Shown here one piece after another: positions 10,562 through 20,055 of a stretch of DNA of 64,000 nt (position 1 is its first letter; each line of letters opens with the position of its first letter). A program made the translations under genes and the position numbers. This DNA comes from Candidatus Eiseniibacteriota bacterium (GTDB lineage Bacteria > Eisenbacteria > RBG-16-71-46), in the NCBI GenBank assembly GCA_016710095.1, contig JADJLL010000005.1, forward strand, positions 78,354 through 142,353, read 5' to 3'. Below the pieces are notes generated by a model. It was given only the letters and a program-made list of their open reading frames with translations, searched no databases and was not told where the DNA came from.

Positions 10562-11796
10562 GGAGAGCGGCCGCGGCGCTGTTCGCGCTGCTCCTGTTGG
10601 CGCCTTCCCTCGGGGCGTCGCGCGCGCACGCGAGCATCGAGGAGTTCGCCACGTTCGACCTCTCCCGCATGGAAGAGGACGACGAGAGCGCGCTCGACCA
10701 CTACCTCGCGCGACAGCCAGTCGCCTGGCGCGACGAATGGGAGTTGACGACGAACGGCTTCCGCACGTCGCAGGGCTGCCTCACCTCCGGGCTCTGGAAC
10801 ACCGAGTACGAGACCAAGGTGCGCTCCCCCATGGGCCAGCGCTCCCACCTCGACCTCGAGCTGCTGCAGGTGGAGACCGACTACGCCCACTACCAGTGGC
10901 TCTCGCTCGACTTTCGCTTCCTCACTCGCGTGGGGAACGTGGGCGTTCGCTTCCGCCCGAACTACGACAAGAGCCAACAGGACTTCGCCTTTCTGTGGAG
11001 CCACGGCGACGGGTCGTCCCCACTCCAGGTGGAGACCGCACTCACCATCGAGGACATGTTCAACACGTTCTGGGAGTTCCGGCAGGCTCGCGTGAAGGAA
11101 CACAACGAGCCGTACCGGCGCCATCCCTTCGAGCCCTCCGCGCGCGTGATCTCGCGAGGAAAGAAGCACCGGCTCGAGCTGGCAGGCACGTGGCAAACCC
11201 CTTCCCGCAAGGTGATCGACGATCCGGACAGCACCATGGACGGCGCGTTCACGCTCTGGGGATCGAAGTTCCTCGTGGTCGGGGAACGTCAATTCTCCGA
11301 CTGGACACTAGAGACGCGCCTCGACGGAGAACGGGTGCTCACGACCCGCCCGACGCGACGCGAGCCGGGCAATGCGCGCCTGTTCCGGCGCATGTGGAAT
11401 GGCGAGCTGGCGGTCCGCCGCCAGTTCGGCGCGGACACGCGCGCCGAGCTGCGCTGGATGTACAAGGACCGGGCGCAATCGTGGGCGCCGCCCGGAGGAG
11501 ACGGCCGGCTGCGCGCGCTCGACCGCGTGCTGACCACGGAAATCTCCCGCCAGTTCCTCACGGACTGGAACGCCCGCGCCGGACTGATGTACGACCGCGT
11601 CACGATCGCGGTGCACGGCGCCGCCCCGGGGTTCACCTGGGGATCGCGAAAGGAATCTCGCGCCTACCTCGGGCTTCGTGCGAAGTTCGGCCGCGTGAGC
11701 GTGCAGGGAATCGAGTGCATCGAGCTCGACCACGAGCCTTACGAAGTCTCGTTCCACCACGACAAGGGCTTCCTGCAGCTGCAGACCACTTTCTGA
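10558..11796 (+). CDS. Hypothetical outer-membrane beta-barrel protein
   Basis: GTG start overlaps the eda stop (GTGA). Signal peptide [24 protein letters not shown]. Beta-rich body, aromatic-rich, C-terminal residue Phe (LQLQTTF), which is the typical OMP sorting signature. Confidence 0.6.
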   Translation: MRRAAAALFALLLLAPSLGASRAHASIEEFATFDLSRMEEDDESALDHYLARQPVAWRDEWELTTNGFRTSQGCLTSGLWNTEYETKVRSPMGQRSHLDLELLQVETDYAHYQWLSLDFRFLTRVGNVGVRFRPNYDKSQQDFAFLWSHGDGSSPLQVETALTIEDMFNTFWEFRQARVKEHNEPYRRHPFEPSARVISRGKKHRLELAGTWQTPSRKVIDDPDSTMDGAFTLWGSKFLVVGERQFSDWTLETRLDGERVLTTRPTRREPGNARLFRRMWNGELAVRRQFGADTRAELRWMYKDRAQSWAPPGGDGRLRALDRVLTTEISRQFLTDWNARAGLMYDRVTIAVHGAAPGFTWGSRKESRAYLGLRAKFGRVSVQGIECIELDHEPYEVSFHHDKGFLQLQTTF

Positions 11797-11840
11797 CCCC
11801 CCTGCAACCCACCCCCCACCCCTCGACGGAGGTGTCCCAC

Positions 11841-12239
11841 ATGAAGGGATTCATCGATTTCCTGAAGCAGACGAACGCGCTCGCGCTCGCCATCGGCGTG
11901 ATCATCGGCGGCGCGGTCGGCAAGATCGTGGACTCGGTCGTGAGCGACCTGCTCATGCCGCTCATCAGCCTCGCGATGCCGAACGGTGACTGGCGCGCGG
12001 CGAAGATCGCCCTGACGACCAACCCCGACGGCACGATCGACAAGGCGATCGGCATCGGCGCGTTCGCCGGCCGCACGGTGGACTTCGTCATCATCGCGGC
12101 CGTGGTCTACATGATCACGAAGTCGCTGCTGAAGCCCGCACCCGCGGCGCCCGCCGCGCCGACGAAGACGTGCGGCGACTGCTGCAGCTCGGTTCCCGTG
12201 GCCGCGAAGAAGTGCATGCACTGCGGCAGCGCGGTCTGA
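11841..12239 (+). CDS. mscL: Large-conductance mechanosensitive channel with unusual C-terminal Cys4 tail
   Basis: MKGFIDFLKQTNALALAIGVIIGGAVGKIVDSVVSDLLMPLI is the canonical MscL TM1. GGAGG RBS lies 9 nt upstream. The C-terminus reads CGDCCSSVPVAAKKCMHCGSAV (CxxC...CxxC) instead of the usual helical bundle. Confidence 0.85.
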   Translation: MKGFIDFLKQTNALALAIGVIIGGAVGKIVDSVVSDLLMPLISLAMPNGDWRAAKIALTTNPDGTIDKAIGIGAFAGRTVDFVIIAAVVYMITKSLLKPAPAAPAAPTKTCGDCCSSVPVAAKKCMHCGSAV

Positions 12240-12257
12240 CCGTTTCACCGAAAACGC

Positions 12258-12300
12258 GACGCGCGGCGCGCCACCACGGCACGCCGCGCGTTCTGCTTTT
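12258..12300 (+). terminator. Putative rho-independent terminator downstream of mscL
   Basis: Stem ACGCGCGGCG / CGCCGCGCGT with a 14-nt loop, followed by TCTGCTTTTCC. Confidence 0.4.
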
Positions 12301-12312
12301 CCGGCGCGCGCT

Positions 12313-14763
12313 TCAGATCGCGTCGCGGTCCTTGCCGGACTCGGTCGAGTCCACCGGCGCGGCGAGCGAGTCCGACGCCGCGCGCGAGAGACTGTCGGAC
12401 AGCGCCTGCGCACGGATCGCTTCCCAGTCGGCCGCGTGATCGCGCGCGCACATCTGCGTCGGCGCCTCCGTCTTGAGGAACGGCACGCGCAGCGGCGCCG
12501 GGCAATCGCCGCGCGCGAGCAGGCCCGTGAACGGATCCACCCACACGAGCACCTCGTCGTTGCGTGACGGGAACTCGCTCGCGGGGAAGCCCTCGAGCAG
12601 GCGCGACATGACACCGGCCCACACGGGCAGCGCCACCTTGGCCGCCGGCCGCGACAGGCTCTGCGGCTGGTCGTAGCCGACCCACACGCCCGCGGCGACG
12701 TCGGGCGTGAAGCCGACGAACCACGCGTCGTGATAGTCGTTCGTCGTGCCCGTCTTGCCGCCGCACGGCCGCGTGAAGCCGTAGCTCGCGCGCAGCGGAT
12801 ACGAGATGCCGAAGGTGACGACGTTCTCGAGCATGCCGCGCGCGAGCGCCGCGACCGCCTCGGGCAGCACCGCGATCGGACGACGCTCGGGGCGGCGCAT
12901 CTCGAGGCCGCGCGAGTCGGCGATCGCGCGGACGGTCGTCGGCTCGCGACGCCAGCCGCCGTTCACGAACACCGTGTACGCGTCGACGAGCGCGAGCGGC
13001 GTCACCTCGTGCGTGCCGAGGCCGATGCTCGCGACGGCTTCGGGCTTGCCGAGGCCGAAGCGCTCGACGTAGCGCGCGACGTTCGCGGGACCGATCTGGT
13101 CGACGAGGTTCGCGGTCGCGAGGTTGAGCGACTTGCAGAGCGCCTTCGAGAGCGTGACGGTCTCGTGGTAGTCGCCTTCGTCGTTGCGCGGCTGCCACGG
13201 CCCCTCGGGCGTGGCGAACTCGCGCCGCAGGTCGGGCACGGTCGAGCCGGGCGTGAAGCGCTTGCCGCCGCGACGCGGATCGAGCGCGGTCGCGTACACG
13301 ATCGGCTTGATCGCCGAGCCGGGCTGGCGCACGGCCTGCGTCGCGCGATTGAAGTCGCCGTGGCCGGGATCGCGCCCGCCGACGATCGCGCGCACTTCGC
13401 CGCTCGGCGGATCGAGCAGCACGAACGCGCCCTGCAGCGGACCGAAGCCGCGGCCGCGCCACGCCTCCTGCGCGTCGAGACCGCGTGCGAGCTCGACTTC
13501 GGCGTTCTGCTGCCACACGAGGTCGCACGTCGTGAACACCGAAAGCCCCCAGCCTTCGAGCGCGCCCTTGGGCAGCTGGCGGCCGAGCTCCTGGCGCACC
13601 GCGCTCATGAACGAGGGGAAGCGCTCGCGCGGCGGCGGGACCGGGTGCAGCGTGAGCGGCGCGTTCGCGGCCGCGTTCATCGCGACGCTGTCGATCGCGC
13701 CCGTCTCGTACATGTCGTGCAGCACCGCGAACCGGCGGCGCAGCGCGTTGTCGGGGCGGCGCAGCGGCGAGTAGAGGTTCGGCGCGGGAATCACGCCGAC
13801 GAGCAGCGCCGCCTGGTCGAGCGACAACGAATCCACCGGCACGCCGAAGAAACGGCGCGACGCCTCCGCGGCGCCCGCGATGCCGCCGTGATCGTCGCGG
13901 CCGAAGTACACGCTGTTCAGGTACATCTCGAGGATCTCGTCCTTCGACAGCACGAGTTCGAGCCCGAACGCGTAGCACAGCTCGGCGAGCTTGCGCGTCA
14001 TCGTGCGCTGCGTGCCGAGCCACAGCCCGCGCGCGAGCTGCTGCGTGATCGTGCTCGCGCCCTGGCGCACGCCGCCGGCGCGGACGTTGGCGGCGATCGC
14101 GCGCGCGTTGCCCTTGAGGTCGAGTCCCATGTGCGAGCGGAAGCGCCGGTCCTCGGACGCGACGACCGCCTGCTGCAGCGCGCGCGGCATGCGCGCGAGC
14201 GGCACCCACTCGCGATACACGCGGTTCGAGTCCGGCAACACCGCGAGCAGCACGGGCTCGAGCCGGGGAGCGCGCTTCGCATCCGGCGGCGGCGCGCTCC
14301 CGAACGCTTCACGCTTCACCGAGACGAGGCGGCCGTTGCCGAAGCGCAGCCGCACGCGCTCGGGTCCGTTGCGTCCGCCGGGATCGGGGCCTTCGAAGCC
14401 GCGCAGCACGATCTCCGCGCCGCCGGGGAAGGACGTCCATTCTCCGGGAACGCGCGGCGAGCCCACCTGCCGGTAGCCGCGCGCGACGAGCTGGTCGCGC
14501 AGGTACTCCGCCGGCAGCGCGCGGCCCGCGAGCAGCGGCACGGGCGCGGACCAGATGCGCGCCGGATACGACCACGCGGGCCCGGTCGCGTGACGCGACT
14601 GCAGTGCGCGCACCTCGACCGCGAAACGCGCGAACGCGATGGCGAGCAATGCGAGGACGATCGCGATCGCGAACAGCACGCGACGGCGGATGCGGCGGGG
14701 CGCTGACGGCGGCGCGCCGCTCGCGGCGGAAGCAGGGGCGGATGACCCGGAAATGAAAGACAT
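12313..14763 (-). CDS. Class A penicillin-binding protein (transglycosylase plus transpeptidase; PBP1A/1C-like)
   Basis: 816 aa. N-terminal TM. GT51 motifs (EDRRFRSHMGLD, RQGASTITQQLAR). Transpeptidase motifs (SAIKP, SKALCKSLN, KTGTT). Confidence 0.85.
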   Translation of the reverse strand: MSFISGSSAPASAASGAPPSAPRRIRRRVLFAIAIVLALLAIAFARFAVEVRALQSRHATGPAWSYPARIWSAPVPLLAGRALPAEYLRDQLVARGYRQVGSPRVPGEWTSFPGGAEIVLRGFEGPDPGGRNGPERVRLRFGNGRLVSVKREAFGSAPPPDAKRAPRLEPVLLAVLPDSNRVYREWVPLARMPRALQQAVVASEDRRFRSHMGLDLKGNARAIAANVRAGGVRQGASTITQQLARGLWLGTQRTMTRKLAELCYAFGLELVLSKDEILEMYLNSVYFGRDDHGGIAGAAEASRRFFGVPVDSLSLDQAALLVGVIPAPNLYSPLRRPDNALRRRFAVLHDMYETGAIDSVAMNAAANAPLTLHPVPPPRERFPSFMSAVRQELGRQLPKGALEGWGLSVFTTCDLVWQQNAEVELARGLDAQEAWRGRGFGPLQGAFVLLDPPSGEVRAIVGGRDPGHGDFNRATQAVRQPGSAIKPIVYATALDPRRGGKRFTPGSTVPDLRREFATPEGPWQPRNDEGDYHETVTLSKALCKSLNLATANLVDQIGPANVARYVERFGLGKPEAVASIGLGTHEVTPLALVDAYTVFVNGGWRREPTTVRAIADSRGLEMRRPERRPIAVLPEAVAALARGMLENVVTFGISYPLRASYGFTRPCGGKTGTTNDYHDAWFVGFTPDVAAGVWVGYDQPQSLSRPAAKVALPVWAGVMSRLLEGFPASEFPSRNDEVLVWVDPFTGLLARGDCPAPLRVPFLKTEAPTQMCARDHAADWEAIRAQALSDSLSRAASDSLAAPVDSTESGKDRDAI

Positions 14764-14997
14764 CGGTGAAGCATGCTAGCCCGCGGCGTTCCCGAGCCGC
14801 CAGTGCGGGCGATTGCGCGCACTTCGCAGGCATCTTCGCGACATTTTTCGTGGCTCGATCGAGATTCACGTTGAGCGGCCGCGCATGCGACACGTATCAT
14901 TCTCCCCGTGATGACGCGCTCCTTCGCTCGCACGAACTTCACGGCCTCCACCGTCACGCGATTTACCGATCGCGGGAGGGTGGCCCGTGAGCGCGTT

Positions 14998-15012
14998 GGT
15001 TACGCAGTAACC
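14998..15012. promoter_or_regulatory. 15-bp palindrome GGTTACgcaGTAACC in the pbp/pheA divergent intergenic region, possible operator
   Basis: Near-perfect inverted repeat seen directly at 14998-15012, about 140 bp upstream of the pheA GTG start. Confidence 0.25.
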
Positions 15013-15151
15013 GCAGAAAACGCACTCTGGCCCGCTCTCCGTCACCGGGGGGCGGGCCTTCGCGTTTCTCCTCCGGTGAGCCGATCCGGAGGAATCATGT
15101 CCGCACCCGACCGAACCCAACCGATCTCCTGCGCGGCCGCCGGGTGCAGGC

Positions 15152-16045
15152 GTGAGCCCGGTCGCGTACCAGGGGGTTGCCGGCGCGTTCAGCGAAGAGG
15201 CGGCGCGGCGATTCGCGCAGCCCGGCGAGACACTCTCGCCCTGCGACACGTTCGAGGCGCTGTTCGACGCGGTCGAGCGCGGCGAGGCCCGCTGTGGCGC
15301 AGCGCCGGTCGAGAACACGCTCGCAGGGGCGGTGATCGCCTGCTGGGACCAGCTCACGACGCGAAATGTTCGCATCACGGCGGAGACGATCGTGCCGGTG
15401 TCGCACGCCCTCGTCGGCGTGCCCGGCGCGCGGCTCGAGGACATCCGGCGGGTGCTGTCGCACCCGGTCGCGCTCCAGCAGTGCGAGCGGTTCTTCCGGG
15501 CGAACCCGGGTATCGAGGCCGTGCCGGTGTTCGACACCGCGGGTGCGGTGCGGCAGGTGACGCGGGCGGGGGATCCCGCGCAGGCGGCGCTCGCCGCCGA
15601 GCGCACGGCGGAACTCTACGAAGGAGTGGTGCTCGCGCGGGCGCTCGAAGACCACCCGAACAACCTGACGCGGTTCTTCCTCATCGAGGCCCGCGAGACG
15701 GCGGCGGCCTCGGGCTCCACGGTGGCGGGGGCGCCGGTGGCCGCAAAAACCGCTCTCTTCCTGAGAACGCCGAACCGCCCCGGCGCACTCTGGCGGTCCT
15801 TGCGGCCGTTCGCCGAGCGCGGGCTCGACCTCACGAGGATCGAGAGCCGGCCGGTCCGGCACACGCCGTTCGAGTACGCGTTTCTCCTCGAAGTCGCTGC
15901 GGCACAGGACCCGGAGGGGCTCGACGCCGCGATCGAGGAGCTGCGCACGGAGTGCCTCGAACTGCGCGAACTCGGCCGGTTCACCCCGGCGGCCCCGCAC
16001 GATCGGGCCTCGACCACGAAGGGTCCCGGCGAGCGCGCGGGTTGA
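15152..16045 (+). CDS. pheA: Prephenate dehydratase with C-terminal ACT domain
   Basis: GTG start. VAYQGVAGAFSEEAARRF...ESRP motifs. C-terminal regulatory ACT region. 297 aa. Confidence 0.85.
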   Translation: MSPVAYQGVAGAFSEEAARRFAQPGETLSPCDTFEALFDAVERGEARCGAAPVENTLAGAVIACWDQLTTRNVRITAETIVPVSHALVGVPGARLEDIRRVLSHPVALQQCERFFRANPGIEAVPVFDTAGAVRQVTRAGDPAQAALAAERTAELYEGVVLARALEDHPNNLTRFFLIEARETAAASGSTVAGAPVAAKTALFLRTPNRPGALWRSLRPFAERGLDLTRIESRPVRHTPFEYAFLLEVAAAQDPEGLDAAIEELRTECLELRELGRFTPAAPHDRASTTKGPGERAG

Positions 16046-16149
16046 ACCCCGCGGCAGTGGTGGCTTACTTTCCACCGACCTACGCCCGACACGGCGTTTC
16101 GAGTCCCAAGCGACCGGGACTTTCGCGGCTTCCCTCGAGGAGATTTTCC

Positions 16150-17649
16150 ATGCGCGCCCGTCTTTGGTTCGCCCTGCACGTCCTGGCTGCCCTACTGGCG
16201 GCGGGCGCTGCCGTGGCCGAGCCCATCGGTTCCCATTTCCAGCTGACGCCCTTCGGCGGCTTCACGATGTTCGATCCCAAGCTGCGCTACCCGGGCAGCA
16301 ACGCGCCGCTCACCGACGACCTGTACGTCGGCGGCCGCCTGAGCTGGGAGTCGAAGTCGTGGATCGGCATCGAGGCCGCGGCCGGCATGACGCCGACCGT
16401 CGAAGACCTCGTGGTCGGCGGCAACGACTACGACTGGACGCACGCGTCCGGCAACCTCGTGCTCTCGCCCGCGCGCGGCCGTTGGGGCAACCCGTACGTG
16501 TTCGCCGGCGCCGGCTACACGCAGCTCAAGCCCGCCACGGGCGAGAAGCGCAGCACGAACACGTTCGAGTTCGGCGGCGGCGTGAAGCTGTGGATGACGG
16601 ACGCCGTCGGCCTGCGCTTCGAAGCGCGCGACGTGTCGTTCAAGCCGCTCGAGAATCTCTCGGGCCAGAACCACTTCCACAACATGGTGCTCGGCGCGGG
16701 CCTCACGTTCGCGCTCGGCGCGACGCCGCGTGACACCGACGGCGACGGCGTGCCCGATCGCAAGGACAAGTGCCCGGCGACGCCGAAGGGCGCGACGGTC
16801 AACGCCACCGGCTGCCCGAGCGACTCGGACGGCGACGGCGTGCTCGACGGTCTCGACAAGTGCCCCGGCACGCCCAAGGGCGCGACGGTGGACGCGAACG
16901 GCTGCCCGTCCGACGCGGACGGTGACGGCGTGTTCGACGGAATCGACACGTGCGCCGACACGCCCAAGGGCGCGACGGTGGACGCGAAGGGCTGCCCGAG
17001 CGACTCCGACAACGACGGCGTCCTCGACGGTCTCGATGCGTGCCCGAACACTCCCGCCGGCGCCAAGGTCGACGCGAAGGGTTGCCCGACCGACGCCGAC
17101 GCCGACGGCGTGTTCGACGGTCTCGACGAGTGCGCCGAAACGCCCGCCGGCCTCAAGGTGGACGCGAAGGGCTGCCCGATCGAGGTCATGGAGCGCGAGA
17201 CCGAGCTGCTCGACACCGGCCTCATCCGCCTCAACGACGTCAACTTCGAAACCGGCAAGGCGGAGATCATGCCGGAGTCGTACGCGACGCTCGACGCCGC
17301 CGGCGCCGTGATGCTCAAGTGGCCCCAGCTGCGCATCGAGATCGGTGGCCACACCGACTCGCGTGGCGGTGTCGCCCGCAACAAGGCGCTGTCCGAGGCG
17401 CGCGCCGATTCCGTCCGCGCCTACATCCTGCGCAAGTTCCCGGCGCTCTCGCCGACGCAGTTCTCGACGAAGGGCTACGGGCCGACGCGTCCGGTCGCGC
17501 CGAACACGAACCCGCTCAACATGGCGAAGAACCGCCGCGTCGAGTTCGTCGTGCTCAACAAGGAAGTGCTGAAGAAGGAAGTCGAACGCCGCCGCCTGCT
17601 CCGCCAGAGCGAGAGCACGCCGGCCGACTCCTCGGCGACGCCGAAGTAA
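16150..17649 (+). CDS. OmpA family outer-membrane protein with thrombospondin type 3 repeats (paralog 1)
   Basis: Signal peptide MRARLWFALHVLAALLAAGAAVA. N-terminal beta-barrel. Five or more TSP3 calcium-binding repeats (DTDGDGVPDRKDKCP, DSDGDGVLDGLDKCP...). C-terminal OmpA domain (NFETGKAEI...GHTDSRG...NRRVEFVV). Confidence 0.85.
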   Translation: MRARLWFALHVLAALLAAGAAVAEPIGSHFQLTPFGGFTMFDPKLRYPGSNAPLTDDLYVGGRLSWESKSWIGIEAAAGMTPTVEDLVVGGNDYDWTHASGNLVLSPARGRWGNPYVFAGAGYTQLKPATGEKRSTNTFEFGGGVKLWMTDAVGLRFEARDVSFKPLENLSGQNHFHNMVLGAGLTFALGATPRDTDGDGVPDRKDKCPATPKGATVNATGCPSDSDGDGVLDGLDKCPGTPKGATVDANGCPSDADGDGVFDGIDTCADTPKGATVDAKGCPSDSDNDGVLDGLDACPNTPAGAKVDAKGCPTDADADGVFDGLDECAETPAGLKVDAKGCPIEVMERETELLDTGLIRLNDVNFETGKAEIMPESYATLDAAGAVMLKWPQLRIEIGGHTDSRGGVARNKALSEARADSVRAYILRKFPALSPTQFSTKGYGPTRPVAPNTNPLNMAKNRRVEFVVLNKEVLKKEVERRRLLRQSESTPADSSATPK

Positions 17650-17672
17650 GCGCCGCCCCACGCAACGAAGAA

Positions 17673-17709
17673 GGGCCGGAGTCCACACGGACTCCGGCCC
17701 TTCGTGTTT
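17673..17709. terminator. Bidirectional rho-independent terminator between OmpA paralog 1 (+) and the DUF2892 gene (-)
   Basis: GGGCCGGAGTCC acac GGACTCCGGCCC followed by TTCGTGTTTC. Confidence 0.6.
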
Positions 17710-17751
17710 CCGGCGGCACGCTCGGCGCCAGCGGCGCCAGCGGTGGCGCGG

Positions 17752-17952
17752 CTACTTCGCCTTCGCGTCCTTCGTCGCGCACGTGCTGATGCCGAGCGGC
17801 AGGTAGATCGGGCACCAGTTCACCGCGGCGGTGAACAGCGGCACGATGCCGATCGCGCCCCACCAGGCCTTGTAATAGATGCCGGCGCCGATCAACGCGA
17901 GCCCCACGACGAGACGGAAGATACGGTCCACACCACCCACGTTCGCCTTCAT
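17752..17952 (-). CDS. DUF2892 (YgaP-like) small inner-membrane protein
   Basis: MKANVGGVDRIFRLVVGLALIGAGIYYKAWWGAIGIVPLFTAAVNWCPIYLPLGISTC, typical DUF2892 of about 66 aa. It is the C-terminal end of the otherwise antisense 17752..18789 ORF. Confidence 0.6.
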   Translation of the reverse strand: MKANVGGVDRIFRLVVGLALIGAGIYYKAWWGAIGIVPLFTAAVNWCPIYLPLGISTCATKDAKAK

Positions 17953-18090
17953 GCGCTGCCTCCAGTCCGGGGAAACGAAACCACCACGTGCGGTCGAACA
18001 CACACTGGGAGCCGGTCCACCCGAAAAGGATTCGCGCGGACTTGCGAGGGGAACACGGCGCGGGCAGTCTGCCGGTTCGGAGGTTTGGTG

Positions 18091-18834
18091 ATGAAGATCG
18101 AAACCGAAGACGATCTCGCCGGGATGAAGGCCGCGGGCCGCGTGGTCCGCGAGACGCTGGACGCCATGAGCGTCGCGGTGGAACCCGGCATCAGCACGGC
18201 GCAGCTCGACGCGATCGCGGCCCGGGCATTGCGCGATCGTGGCGCGCGCTCGGCGCCCCGGCTCGTCTACGACTTCCCGGGCGAGACGTGCATCTGCGTG
18301 AACGACGAGATCGTGCACGGCATTCCGTCGGCGAAGCGCGTGCTGCGCGAGGGCGACCTCGTCACGCTCGACGTGACGATCGAGAAGAACGGCTACATGG
18401 CCGACGCCGCGGTCACGCTGCCCGTCGGGCGCGTGTCGGCGCGCGCGGCCAAGCTGCTCGCGGCGACCGAAGCGGTGCTCACCCGCGCGCTCGAGGACGT
18501 GCGCCCGGGCAAGCGCGCGTTCGAGGTCGGCCGCGTGATCGAGCGCGAGGCGGGCCGCCACGGACTGTCGCCCGTGCGCGCGCTGCAGGGCCACGGCATC
18601 GGCCGCACGATCCACGAAGACCCGATGATGCCGAACTGGGCCGACCCCGAGGCGCAGGACGTGCTCGAGGACGGACTCGTGCTGACGGTCGAGCCCATCC
18701 TGTCGCTCGGCAGCGGCGAGTCCTACGAGTCGAACGACGGCTGGACGATCCTGGCCGCCGACGGCGCGTGGGCGGCGCACTTCGAGCACACGCTCGTGGT
18801 CACGAAGGGCCGCCCGATCCTGCTCACCGCCTGA
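18091..18834 (+). CDS. map: Methionine aminopeptidase type I
   Basis: MKIETEDDLAGMKAAGRVV...VNDEIVHGIPS...metal ligands DxD/H/E pattern. GGAGGT RBS upstream. Confidence 0.9.
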   Translation: MKIETEDDLAGMKAAGRVVRETLDAMSVAVEPGISTAQLDAIAARALRDRGARSAPRLVYDFPGETCICVNDEIVHGIPSAKRVLREGDLVTLDVTIEKNGYMADAAVTLPVGRVSARAAKLLAATEAVLTRALEDVRPGKRAFEVGRVIEREAGRHGLSPVRALQGHGIGRTIHEDPMMPNWADPEAQDVLEDGLVLTVEPILSLGSGESYESNDGWTILAADGAWAAHFEHTLVVTKGRPILLTA

Positions 18835-18864
18835 GCGCGCGCTCCCGCACGCGTCCGCTCGCCG

Positions 18865-20055
18865 TCACGCGACCTCCCAGCGCCGCGCCAGCCGGCGCGC
18901 GAGCAGCAGGAACGCGATCGTGAAGAGCGCGAGCGCGAGCAGCTGCGGCCAGAGCGCGGACACCGGCAGCTCGAACCAGAACACCTTGCGGTAGCCGTCG
19001 AGCGCCCACGCGTTGAAGCCGACGAGCGACACCTTGAGCAGCGTCTCGCTCATGAGGAAGCGCGGGAACATGCTGCCGCCGACCGCCGAGAGGCTCAGGA
19101 TCACGAGGTTCGCGATGCCCTGCAGCTGCTGCCGCGTGCGCGCGAACGTGCCGAGCACGAGACCGAACGCCGCGACGCACGCCGCCGTCGCGATCGTCAT
19201 GATCGCGAAGCCGGGCAGGTGCGAGAGCAGCGGAAGCTTGAAGACGAGCATGCCCCACGTGAACATCACCGTGATCTGCAGCACGCCGAGCGACGTGATG
19301 TACAGCCACTTCGCCGCGAGCAGCCGCGTCATGCCGACGCGCGAGCTGAGCACGCGCTCGAGCGTGCCCGACTCGGTCTCCTCGATCAGCGCGCCGCCGG
19401 CGGCGCTCGCCGAGAACATGAGGAACATGACGGCGATGCCCGCCGCGTAGAACGCGATCATCGGGCTCGTGCGCTTTTCGCCGACGACCGTGCGCGTCTC
19501 GACGCGCGCGGGAAGCATCTCGTCGACCGTGCCCGTGTCGGGCGCGCCGCCGTACTCGGCGGCCGCGCGGCGCGACAGCCGCAGCGTCGCGCGCTGCAGC
19601 AGGCCGCTCACCATGCGCGCGGCGATCGGGTCCGCCGCGTCGGTGAGCACGAGCGCCTTCTCGCCGCGCCCGTCGTAGCGCAGCAGCGACGTGTCGATGC
19701 CGGCGGGCAACACGAGCGCCACGGGCGCGTCGCCCGCGCGCACGAGCGACTCGGCGCGTTCGCGCGTGAGCGCCACCGCGGAATCGCGCGCACCCGCGCC
19801 TTCGGGCCGCGCCTTCGCCTGCACGAGCAGGCCGTCCTCCTCGGACAGCGCCTGCACGAGCCCCGCGCTCGTTTCCGTGCGCGACTCGTCCACGACGAGC
19901 ACGTGCACGCGCGGAGTGGAGCCGTTGCCGCTCGAGCCGCCGAACACGAGCGCGAAGATCGAGAAGAAGCCGATCGGCAGCACGAAGGTCATCACCTGCG
20001 CGACGCGATCGCGGCGCAGGTTGGTCCACGCGAGACGGAAGAGCACCGGGATCAT
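18865..20055 (-). CDS. ABC-2 type transporter permease
   Basis: [40 protein letters not shown], then a large periplasmic loop and five C-terminal TMs. Start ATG overlaps the stop of the ATPase gene (ATGA). Confidence 0.8.
   Translation of the reverse strand: MIPVLFRLAWTNLRRDRVAQVMTFVLPIGFFSIFALVFGGSSGNGSTPRVHVLVVDESRTETSAGLVQALSEEDGLLVQAKARPEGAGARDSAVALTRERAESLVRAGDAPVALVLPAGIDTSLLRYDGRGEKALVLTDAADPIAARMVSGLLQRATLRLSRRAAAEYGGAPDTGTVDEMLPARVETRTVVGEKRTSPMIAFYAAGIAVMFLMFSASAAGGALIEETESGTLERVLSSRVGMTRLLAAKWLYITSLGVLQITVMFTWGMLVFKLPLLSHLPGFAIMTIATAACVAAFGLVLGTFARTRQQLQGIANLVILSLSAVGGSMFPRFLMSETLLKVSLVGFNAWALDGYRKVFWFELPVSALWPQLLALALFTIAFLLLARRLARRWEVA

Noticed and set aside
12245-14706. 654 aa minus and 658 aa plus ORFs overlapping the PBP gene
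   Set aside because: Composition-biased (Arg-rich) and overlapping a clearly homologous class A PBP reading frame.
16730-17180. Tandem nucleotide repeats (TSP3-encoding), checked as a possible CRISPR or minisatellite
   Set aside because: The repeats are in-frame coding repeats of the OmpA/TSP3 proteins with variable spacing. There is no direct-repeat/spacer architecture.
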